A DNA stretch of 64,000 bases, taken from an uncultured delta proteobacterium (GTDB taxonomy: Bacteria > Myxococcota_A > Polyangia > Fen-1088). Made by a program: the position numbers and the translations under genes. The stretch lies in NCBI GenBank assembly GCA_963767925.1, contig CAVYGB010000009.1, forward strand, positions 96,001 to 160,000. Direction: 5' to 3'. The notes under the pieces are model-generated. The model did no database searches and was not told where the DNA came from. It saw only the letters and a list, made by a program, of their open reading frames with translations. Positions 10,745 to 19,102 of the stretch are shown here, piece by piece. Each line of letters begins with the position of its first letter. Position 1 is the stretch's first letter.

Positions 10745-10867
10745 CGTGTTCGAGTTCGTGTGGGGCGAGCGTTGAGCGGCCAGGCGGCTCTCGGTGCGCG
10801 TAAATCACGCGAGCCGAGGCCCGCGGGCCGAACACGCTCACCACACACGGACACGAACTCGAACACG
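10745..10867. repeat. Long hairpin: perfect 17-bp inverted repeat embedded in hexamer-like (CGTGTT/CGAGTT, GCACGA) repeats
   Basis: CGTGTTCGAGTTCGTGT at 10745-10761 and ACACGAACTCGAACACG at 10851-10867. Confidence 0.9.
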
Positions 10868-10908
10868 GTGCTCGCACACGAGCACGACCACGACAGCCGC
10901 GGCAGTCA

Positions 10909-11283
10909 TCAGGGTTGGTGGCGGTGCATGCCGGCGAGCCGAGTGAGCATCGCGCACAGCCGGTCGAGCAGAGACGTCACCGCTTCGATCTCGGTATCGG
11001 GAGCAAGTCCCAGGATTGCAACCGCCTCCAAGGCGGCTGCCGCCTCGGACGCTTCGCCTCTGGCGGTGCGGAACCGTGAGATCCTGTCGGCGCCCGTTCG
11101 GCTGGATGCCTCGGCGATGCCCAGGTATGCCGACAACAGCGCGCGCCGAAGCTGGTCCTGCAACGTCGCATACCCGCGTGGCATTCTCCGCGACGCAAGA
11201 GCGTCGCCCAAGCGCAGAGCATCGCGGGCCACGCAGAAAGCGTCGAGCCGATGATGGTCAAAGGTGCGGGGCCCCGGCGACAT
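10909..11283 (-). CDS. Four-helix-bundle protein (23S rRNA IVS protein / Avd-like family)
   Basis: FDHHRLDAF...LQDQLRRALLSAYLGIAEAS...RFRTARGEASEAAAALE...LCAMLTRL. Confidence 0.88.
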   Translation of the reverse strand: MSPGPRTFDHHRLDAFCVARDALRLGDALASRRMPRGYATLQDQLRRALLSAYLGIAEASSRTGADRISRFRTARGEASEAAAALEAVAILGLAPDTEIEAVTSLLDRLCAMLTRLAGMHRHQP

Positions 11284-11488
11284 GACCAGGTTATCGGCGG
11301 CGGTTGGGGCTTGGTTGCGCCCGACCAGGCCAGCGACCTGGGCAATGGCTGGGTGACCCAGAGGATCGATCCGCAGTCGATCGTCTCGAAGCTCGGCTCG
11401 ACCTCCGACCCGCCCGAGCCGAAGCCGAGTGGCGAGCCGGAGCTGGCCGGCGTCGTCGGACAGGAACGTGAGACGTGCAGGATCTGGC

Positions 11489-12994
11489 TCAGCGCCGGCG
11501 TCGGCGGGCGGCGATCGCGAGGAGACCAAGCAGCGCCACCAGCCCGGACGGTCGGGGTGTCGCCCTGCCCGCCGCCAGTGTGCAGCCGCCGGCCTCCGGC
11601 TCGGCTGCGCCGGGTGGGACTGCGGGGGGCGGGGTGGCGGCGCGGCAGGTTTCGATCTCGCTGTCGTCTCCCACGCACAGGCTGACCCGGGTGGACGCGC
11701 CGGCCAGGGCGCCGTTGCTCAGCACCACGATCAGCTCGCTGTCCGGCTCGAAGGGACCGTCGATGGTCACCTCGCGCGGGTCGCGCCCGGCCACCGACCA
11801 GGCGCCGGCCCGGCGGGCGAGCACCGCCAGCTCGAGCGGGCCCTCGCCCTGGGCGGAGGTCACCGCGGCCCGCAGGCGCGGGCGCCCGCCGATCGGGACG
11901 GAATAGGTCCGCGCGCTGGCGGGGAATACCCGCAGCCCGGTCTGGGTCAGCGGCAGGGTCCGCTTCTCCACCGCCATCTGCGGGTAGCGGCTGGCCTCCT
12001 GGTAGCCCCCCGCGCCGGCGCGGACCCCGGTCCGGACGTTGGCCAGCGCGAAGTCGGCGAACACGGCGGCGAAGGTGGTGGCGTGGCGCTCCTGCAGCAG
12101 CTCGGCCAGAGCGGCCATCCAGCGGGGGGTGGCGCTCGCGGGCCGTGCGGCGGCGCTCCGTTCCAGCAGGGCCGGCACGATGGCGTTGCCCAGCCGCTCC
12201 GAAAGAAACCGGAAGAAGAGGCCCGCCCCGTAGCTGAAGGGCGAGCTCGGCCCCGAGGGGGGCACCGAGAGGGGCTGATCGGTGGCGTCGAGGTAGCCGG
12301 GCAGGGCGCGCTCGAAGTCGGTCAGGCTGGGATCGAAGGCCTCGGTGGCCCAGGTGGCCGTCCCCTCCCACAACACGCCGTGGTCCTCGGCCCCCAGGGC
12401 GGCCTGGATGGCGTGGAACAGCTCGTGGCTGCCGACCGTGCGCAGCGCCGCCACCGGCGAGCCGTAGCGGTACCCGGCGAAGTCGTTCTCCACCAGCAAC
12501 ATCCCCTGGCAGACCCGCGAGGGGGCGGGCCGGCAGTTCTCGTCGAGGAACTGGCCGTCGCCCCGGCCGGCGAAGTCGAGCAGGAAGACGTCGAGCGGGC
12601 CGGCCGGCCCCTCGAGGCTGGCCAGCGGCGGCGGCAGGCCGAGCTCCTCGCGGTAGAACTTCAGCGCCCCATCCAGGGCCAGGCCGACCTCCTCGACCCA
12701 GTCGGGGATGCCGTCGCCGTCGAAGTCGCCGGGGGGGATGCCGTTGCGCCCCCCGACCGAGTAGTGGATGGCGAAGTCGCCCGGCCCCGTCATCCAGCGC
12801 AGGACGGTCTCGCCCCCCTCGTAGCGGGGGAACATCGGCAGCCGCTCCTGCCAGCCTTCGACGGCCAGGGCCTGCGCCCGCGGCAGCGCCTGCGAATGAC
12901 GCTCGGGGACCTCCGGGACGCCCTCCGGCACGCCCTCCGGCCCCTGGCAGGCGACCGCCAGGGCGACCAGCGCCGCCGAGACCCCGAGCCGCAT
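11489..12994 (-). CDS. Putative surface zinc metalloprotease (MXAN_6640-like) with MYXO-CTERM-type tail
   Basis: Lipoprotein signal ALAVAC, DFDGDGIPDWVE, SHELFHAIQ (HExxH), WEGTATW; C-terminal GGC...hydrophobic segment...RRRRR. Confidence 0.85.
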   Translation of the reverse strand: MRLGVSAALVALAVACQGPEGVPEGVPEVPERHSQALPRAQALAVEGWQERLPMFPRYEGGETVLRWMTGPGDFAIHYSVGGRNGIPPGDFDGDGIPDWVEEVGLALDGALKFYREELGLPPPLASLEGPAGPLDVFLLDFAGRGDGQFLDENCRPAPSRVCQGMLLVENDFAGYRYGSPVAALRTVGSHELFHAIQAALGAEDHGVLWEGTATWATEAFDPSLTDFERALPGYLDATDQPLSVPPSGPSSPFSYGAGLFFRFLSERLGNAIVPALLERSAAARPASATPRWMAALAELLQERHATTFAAVFADFALANVRTGVRAGAGGYQEASRYPQMAVEKRTLPLTQTGLRVFPASARTYSVPIGGRPRLRAAVTSAQGEGPLELAVLARRAGAWSVAGRDPREVTIDGPFEPDSELIVVLSNGALAGASTRVSLCVGDDSEIETCRAATPPPAVPPGAAEPEAGGCTLAAGRATPRPSGLVALLGLLAIAARRRRR

Positions 12995-13002
12995 GTTCGG
13001 GC

Positions 13003-13821
13003 TCAGCCGGCCGGCGGGGCGAGGAACTTCCAGCGGATCGTCATCTGCCCGGCGCCGCTGGGTCCCCCCGGCAGGCGGCCCTCCAGGTTGCAGTAGTCCT
13101 GCGCGGTCTTCGAGTAATAGGTGGTCACCTTCATCGCCACGTAACGTCCGCTGGCCAGGCGGATGACGTAGTTCTCGCCGGTCATGGCCAGGCAGGCCTC
13201 GTAGCTGAAGTAGCCGGAGATGGCCGTGAGGGGCCCCCCCATCGGATCGGTGTTGTCGGAGGGGGCGCAGCTCGGCTCCTCGAAGTAGAGGTCGGTGTCG
13301 TACTCCAGGCCGGTGGGGACCTGCTGCAAGCTGTTCAGGGGCGCGTCCCCCGCCACCGCCGCGTCGACGCAGGAAGGGCCGGAGGCGCCGCCGTTGACCC
13401 GGATCAGGTAGCGGCGGAAGGCGAGGTCCCAGCCCATCGACTCGAAGGCCCCCTCGTCGCCGATGGCCACCTTCTCGAGCCCGTCTTCGGCGAAGCGGAC
13501 GTAGACGTAAGAGAGCGAGGGCGGCAGGCCACCGCCGGTGGCGTCGATCTTGCTCTCGAAGACCCCGTCCACCGTGGTGGTCGTGACAACCGCCGGGCTG
13601 GGCTCGGTGAGCAGCCGCAGGCTGGCGATCGCCTGATCCACGCAGCCGACCGTGCGGGCCGCGAGGCAACGCGGCTCTCCCGCCGCGGGCAAGGGCGGCG
13701 GCGACTCCCCGCCCTCGCAGGAGAGGCCGCCTCCCAGAATTGCGAGAGGGACGGCGAAGGTGACGACGAGGCGGGAGGTGCGGGTCAGGAAGGACCGGTG
13801 GCTGGCGCGTGCTGATGGCAT
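13003..13821 (-). CDS. HmuY-family haem-binding lipoprotein
   Basis: Lipobox GLSC, IDATGGG, WDLAFRRYLIRVNGGASG, YVIRLASGRYVAMKVTTYY, TIRW. Confidence 0.8.
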   Translation of the reverse strand: MPSARASHRSFLTRTSRLVVTFAVPLAILGGGLSCEGGESPPPLPAAGEPRCLAARTVGCVDQAIASLRLLTEPSPAVVTTTTVDGVFESKIDATGGGLPPSLSYVYVRFAEDGLEKVAIGDEGAFESMGWDLAFRRYLIRVNGGASGPSCVDAAVAGDAPLNSLQQVPTGLEYDTDLYFEEPSCAPSDNTDPMGGPLTAISGYFSYEACLAMTGENYVIRLASGRYVAMKVTTYYSKTAQDYCNLEGRLPGGPSGAGQMTIRWKFLAPPAG

Positions 13822-13831
13822 GTGATTCCCC

Positions 13832-15799
13832 TCAATAACGAAAGTCGAGGCCGCCGTAGAATGTCCGCGGAGGAACGGGCAGGTAAAGCTCGTCGCCCGC
13901 GGCAAGGAGGTTGTCGCCGCCCACGAAGGCCTCGATCTGCTTCCAGATCGTCTTCTCGAGGCGGACGCCGACGCTGGCGTGGCGGTCGGTGTTGACCGTC
14001 TCGATGATCCCGTCGGCGTCGTCGTCCCGGTAAAACGGGCGCGAGCCGACCAGGCTGCCCCGGGCGCTGGCCGAGAAGCCAGCCCGGTCGTGGCGGTAGC
14101 CCAGGCGGAAGGTGCCCCGGTGCCGGGCCCGCCCCTCGAGCGCGCGATCGTCCTCGAGGTCCTTGGCCAGCGTGAGCGTGTACGAGACGTCGGCGCGCAG
14201 CCCGCCGGCGATCTCGGTCCCCACCGAGGCCTCGACCCCCTGGGTGCGGGCCTCGGCCACGTTCTCGTAGCCGAAGCGGGAGCTCACGCCGATGGCGTCG
14301 GGGTTGAGCAGGCGGGTGATGATGAGATCCTCGATGTCGCTGCGAAACACCCCCAGCGCCAGGCGGGCCCGGGGAAGGGGCCGCCACTCGGCGTCGAGGT
14401 TGACGCCGGCCGAGCGCTCGGGCCGCAGCAGGGGGTTGCCCCCCACCTGGTAGCCGGCCCCCGGGTTCTCGAACAGCAGGTACAGCTCCTGGAAGCTCGG
14501 CGCCCGGTACCCCCAGCCGTAGGCCGCGCGCAGGGCGACCTTCTCGTGGGGGTCGTAACGGGCGGCGATCTTGGGGCTGACGTGCGCGCCGAACTGCGAG
14601 TCGGCGTCGAGCCGCACGCCGGGCAGCAGGGCCACCCGCGGGCGCTCGAGCACCTGCCACTCGTGCTGGGCGAAGACCGACCCGCGCGTGCGGTTCCCCT
14701 CCCCGTCCTGCAGGCGGGGCGAGAACATCCGCTCGTACAGCACCTCGGCCCCCGAGGTCAGCAGGTGGCCGCTGGCGATGGCCCAGTCGTGCTGGGTCCC
14801 CAGGCGGGCCAGGTGCTCGCGCGTCTTCTGGAGCTGGTCGAGCGCGCTCGAGCCGCGCTGGTCGGACAGGAACTGATCGATGTGGAGCCCGTAGTGACCG
14901 GTCAGCCGCAGCCGGCTCCCCCCGGCGAAGCGCCAGTCGGGCTCGAGCGTGCCGCTGGCCTGCTCGGTCAGGGTCTTGCGGTCGAAGATGGCGCCCGCGT
15001 CGCTGCCGCCCACCCCGCTCTGGTCGCGGCGCAGGTATTCGGTCTTGGCCCCCAGCCGGAAGCGCGGGCTCTTGCGCCAGGCGCCGGTCAAGGTCAGGTC
15101 GGAGGTGCGGAAGGAGCTGCCGGTGGTGTCCGGAGTTCCGGGGCTGAGATCCCAGGCCGCCCCCCGGTGGTGGCCGGCGATGGCCATCACCTCGAAGGCC
15201 GTCCGGCGCAGACCCAGCCGGTAGCTGGCGTCGAGCACCCCCAGCGTGCCGCCCGACAGGTGCCCCCCGGTCTCGAGCCGCTCCCTGGGCCGCCGGGTGA
15301 TGATGTTGATGACCCCCGCCACCGCGTCCGAGCCGTAGAGCGCCGAGCCGGCCCCCTTGACGATCTCGATGCGGTCGATCGATTCGACCGGGAAGCGCGA
15401 CAGGTCGAGGCTGCCGCCCAGGCGCCCCTGGGCCCGCTCGCCGTCGACGAGGATGAGGACGTATTCGGGGTCCAGGCCCTGCATGCGGACGGTGAAGCCG
15501 CGCAGGCCGCGGTCGAGGTCCACCCCGGGGTGGGTCTCGAGGATCTCCGCCACGCTCTCCGCGCCGGCCGCCTCGATGGCGCTGCGGTCGATCACCTCCA
15601 CCGCGGCGGTCGAGTCGGCCCGGGCCCGGTCGGTGCGCGAGCCGGTCACCACGATCTCGTCGATAGCCTGCACGTCCGCCTTCACCTCCGGCTTCACGTC
15701 GGGGGCGGGCTCCTCGGCGGGGCTGGCGGCGCTCGTCGCCGCCGCAGGGGGATCGATGGGCTGGGCGAGCAGGAGGGCCGAGAGCAGCGTGGCGAACAT
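13832..15799 (-). CDS. TonB-dependent outer-membrane receptor (haem/iron, HmuR/CirA-like)
   Basis: IVVTGSRT TonB box, LILVDG, IDRIEIVKGAGSALYGSDAVAGVINIIT, YRAPSFQELY, NPLLRPE, aromatic C-terminus. Confidence 0.95.
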   Translation of the reverse strand: MFATLLSALLLAQPIDPPAAATSAASPAEEPAPDVKPEVKADVQAIDEIVVTGSRTDRARADSTAAVEVIDRSAIEAAGAESVAEILETHPGVDLDRGLRGFTVRMQGLDPEYVLILVDGERAQGRLGGSLDLSRFPVESIDRIEIVKGAGSALYGSDAVAGVINIITRRPRERLETGGHLSGGTLGVLDASYRLGLRRTAFEVMAIAGHHRGAAWDLSPGTPDTTGSSFRTSDLTLTGAWRKSPRFRLGAKTEYLRRDQSGVGGSDAGAIFDRKTLTEQASGTLEPDWRFAGGSRLRLTGHYGLHIDQFLSDQRGSSALDQLQKTREHLARLGTQHDWAIASGHLLTSGAEVLYERMFSPRLQDGEGNRTRGSVFAQHEWQVLERPRVALLPGVRLDADSQFGAHVSPKIAARYDPHEKVALRAAYGWGYRAPSFQELYLLFENPGAGYQVGGNPLLRPERSAGVNLDAEWRPLPRARLALGVFRSDIEDLIITRLLNPDAIGVSSRFGYENVAEARTQGVEASVGTEIAGGLRADVSYTLTLAKDLEDDRALEGRARHRGTFRLGYRHDRAGFSASARGSLVGSRPFYRDDDADGIIETVNTDRHASVGVRLEKTIWKQIEAFVGGDNLLAAGDELYLPVPPRTFYGGLDFRY

Positions 15800-15800
15800 G

Positions 15801-16518
15801 TCAGGGTGCCGGGGCGGCGGTGGTGGTGGCCGCGGGGACCCGGGGGGCGGTCGGGGCCTCGAGCTTCTTCCAGCGGAACAGCAGGTACCCGCCGGTGCCG
15901 GCGTCGTCGTAGTAGTCGAGGAGCTGCACGCCGACGTAGCTGCCCGCGCCGGTGAGCACCACGTAGACCTGGCGCCGGGGCTGCAGCACGTGGGCGGCGG
16001 TGTCGTACTGGAACCACGTGTCGCCCTGGTTGAAGGCGAAGTCGGGGTCCATGTTGAGATCCTCGCCGTCGGGCCCGTCGAGCACCCAGCCGGTGGCGGG
16101 CGCGGTCGTCAGCGTCTCGAGGGTCGTGTCGGGCACCAGGGCGACCTCGACCGGGCCGGCGCCGCTGACGCCCCCGTTCGACTTGATCTTGAAGCGCTGG
16201 AACCCGAGCTCCCAGCCGGACGCGGTGGCCGGGTCGGAGGAGACCTGGCTCTGCCCGCCGAGGGGGCCCTCGTCGAAGTCGAAGTAGACCCACTTGTCTT
16301 CCCAGGTGGCGTCGATCCGGGTCTCGAGCGCGTTGCCCACCATCCGGGTCGCGACCGGCGGCGGTGGCGGCGGCTCCGTCTCCCCACCGGCGGGGGCCGA
16401 GATCGTCGGCGCAGCCGCTGGCCAGCGCGAGCAGCAGGAGCGCGGCGCCCCCGGTAGCAGATCGCGCCGCCCGGCGGGGAGGCGCGGCGACGAAATCGAG
16501 GGTGAAATTCACTTTCAT
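15801..16518 (-). CDS. Second HmuY-family lipoprotein, with a +1 frameshift near 16392
   Basis: Core IDATWEDKWVYFDF...WELGFQRFKIKSNGGVSG...WFQYD...YYDDAGTGG (track ORF 15801..16343). The signal peptide LLLLALASGC is in another frame and joins if one base is removed from the GGCCCCC run. Confidence 0.82.
16503..16517. promoter_or_regulatory. Putative Fur box (7-1-7 inverted repeat)
   Basis: TGAAATT-C-ACTTTCA, an AT-rich near-palindrome at the head of the HmuY/TonB receptor operon. Confidence 0.6.
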
Positions 16519-16797
16519 GATGGCAAATTCCAGGTTAGACGGCATGTTCCTGACCGTCAAGGCGTACGCAGCCCCACAGGTCCAGCGGCCGGCGTCGTCG
16601 CCGGCGGAACCACCCGCCGGGCAGGATAATACCCGGACGGCGCCGTGTCGGTGATGCGGCTCCCGCCGCGGCAAAGAGCCGTTCGCGGCCCACGACGCTC
16701 CGCCCGGGCCGCGCCCGGAACCGGACAGGCCGATCACACTTTTGCTGCGCGGCGGGCTGGCCAGCGCGGCAAGCCGGCGCGGAGGCGGGGGCGGGAC

Positions 16798-16812
16798 TGG
16801 CGCGTGGTTTGC
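16798..16812 (+). promoter_or_regulatory. Putative sigma54 -24/-12 promoter
   Basis: TGGCGC-GTGGT-TTGC, ending 18 bp before ATG 16830. Confidence 0.65.
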
Positions 16813-16829
16813 TGACAGGCTAGCGACGG

Positions 16830-19066
16830 ATGGCTTCATCAGCGGAGGTCCCCATGGTGGTCGCATCGAGACGGGCCGTCGTCACCGGCCTGTGCCTGTG
16901 CGCGGTGGTGGCGGGCTGCCGGGGGGGAGCCCGGCCCGTGGAAGGGGATCCTGCCGCCCTGGGCGGATCGGATCCGCGGGCCAGCGGCCCCTCCGAGTTC
17001 GCGGCGGTCGCGGCGCCGCCGCAGTTCCCCAAGGGCGGGCCGCCGCCACCGCCCTCCCTCGCCAACGAGCGGCCGACAAGCCGGCCGCTGGGCCAGCCGT
17101 TCGTCGTCGTCGGCGCGACCGTCTACGCGTTGACCGGCCACGACGGCTTGCAGGTGGCGCAGATCGCGGGGACGCCCGCCGTGCTGGGCCGGCTGCCCCT
17201 GGCCGGCGAGCCGTTCGGGCTGTTCGTGGAGGGGACCACCGCCTTCGCGATGATGGTCTACCAGACGCGCGCCGAGCCGTGCTCGACCTGCGCCGGCCTG
17301 ACACGGCTGACCACCCCTGCGCCCAGCCCGACCTGGAGCTGGCCGTGTTCGACGTGGGCGACCCGGCTCGCCCCGGCCTGCTCGGCCGCCAGGCCGTCGA
17401 CCGGATCGGCGTCGGCCCCACCTCCGCGCTCGGCGCGGGCGACGATCTATTGATGATGCCCCTGCAGGCCGTGCGCCCGGGGACCCAGGTGCCGGGGACC
17501 CTCGCGCCGGTGGGGCTGCGGCTTGTCGACATCGATCAGACCCGCGGGACCGTGGTCCCGCGCGGGGTGGCGCTGCTGCAGGGCGAGACCGACCTGCTCG
17601 TGCGGGCCGGCGAGCGGGCGGTGGCGCTGTCGTTCAACCGGGCCGAGGTTGTGGACCTCCGCGACCGCGACGCCCCGGCCCACCTCGGCGCCCTGGAGCT
17701 GTCCCGCTCGGTCTTCGACCTCGCCCTGGCCGGAGACAGCGTCGTGCAGGTGACCCAGGACCGCTACCAGCGGGGCCAGCGGGCGTTCCAGCTCGCCGCC
17801 GTCCCGGCCAGCGCCCCCCAGGATCTCGCTCGCTCGACCGGATCGACCACGCCCTTCGTCGGCCAGGCCGGGCCCCTGTTCGGCGCCGGAGCCTTCGTCT
17901 ACCAGTTCTGGAAGGCGGGGACCGCCACCGGCGAGGAGCCGCGCCTGCAGGTGCTGCAACTCCAGGACGGCCGCCTGCAGCCGCGGGGCGCGCTGTCGCT
18001 CGCCGGCCCGGCCGACGTCGACTTCGGCTTCGGGCCGGGGGACAGCCCCCTGCAGGTCGGGGTGCGGCAGCTCGACGCCACAACCTTCCTGGTGCCGCTC
18101 TTCCGGGTCCGCGACTGCTCGGCCCGGACCATCCCGGGCTCGCCGGCCCCCGGCTGCCCCGACGGCAGCGGCGCGACCCCGCCCGCACCGGTCACCCCAC
18201 CTCCCCCGCCGCCCACCGCCTCCGGGGCCTGCCCGGGCGCGGAGGCCGACTTCCTCGTCGTCGACGCCAGCAACCCGGACGAGCCGCGCGTCAGCTCTCG
18301 GTTCCGGCTCCCGAACGGCGCCCAGCTCCTGACCCTGCTGGTGCGCGGCCGGACCGTCTTCGTCACCCAGCGCGAGCGCGCCCGGCGCGCCGACCGGACG
18401 ACCAATCTCGTACGCCACTTCGTCACCGAGGTGAGCCTCGCCGACCTGGCCCGCCCGGTGGTGGGCGCAGCGGTCAGCGCCCCGGGTGGGCTGGTGGCCG
18501 AGCGGGCCAGCGACGCCACCTGGGTCACCGTCGAGCCCATCTACAACCCGGCCGGGCCTCCCAGCGGCGTCATGGTGAGCACCCTGTACCGCGACGCGCG
18601 GTCGAGCCGGGCGTTCCTGCAGCGCCAGCTCGCCCTCCCGGGCGGCGTCTCCGGCCCGGTGGCCGACGGCGACGCTCTGTTCTTCACCGTGGATGGAAAG
18701 CTGGTGGCCGTCGAACCGTTTGCCCCCGGGGGTCCCCGGGTCCGCTCGCGCACCGCCGTCCTCGACGCCTCGGTCAGCGGCGACGGGGGACCGCTGGGGT
18801 CCGGCTTCCCCCGAGATCTCCCTGGCGATCCGCCGGTGTACCCGTCTCCGGCCAACCTGCACCGGGCGGTGAACGGGCAGGTGTTCGTCGTGTATCGACA
18901 CGGGGTCATGTTGATTTACGACGCCCGCGATCGGGACCGCCCCGTGCGTCTGGACCGGTTCGTTGTCACCAGCGATCGCACGCCGGTGCTCCCGGTGGCG
19001 GGAAACCGGGCGCTGCTCACCCGGGACGGGTGGGGGATCGAGGTCGTGGCGCTCCCGGCGCTCTGA
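16830..19066 (+). CDS. Secreted beta-propeller-type lipoprotein, frameshifted near 17320
   Basis: Signal LCAVVAGC in ORF 16830..17453; body continues in ORF 16742..19066 with repeated propeller-blade motifs (AVFDVGDPARP, VVDLRDRDAP, VVDASNPDEP, VSLADLARP, IYDARDRDRP). Confidence 0.72.
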
Positions 19067-19102
19067 GCCATGAAAATCGAGGCTGTCCGGGCCTGAGTTG
19101 CC

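Noticed and set aside
10542..11283. Diversity-generating retroelement (Avd-like gene plus template repeat)
   Set aside because: No reverse transcriptase and no matching VR/TR pair was found in the window.
10545..18409. 15-bp identity CGGACGACCAATCTC at ~10545 and ~18395
   Set aside because: The match does not extend, and one copy is inside a CDS; treated as chance.
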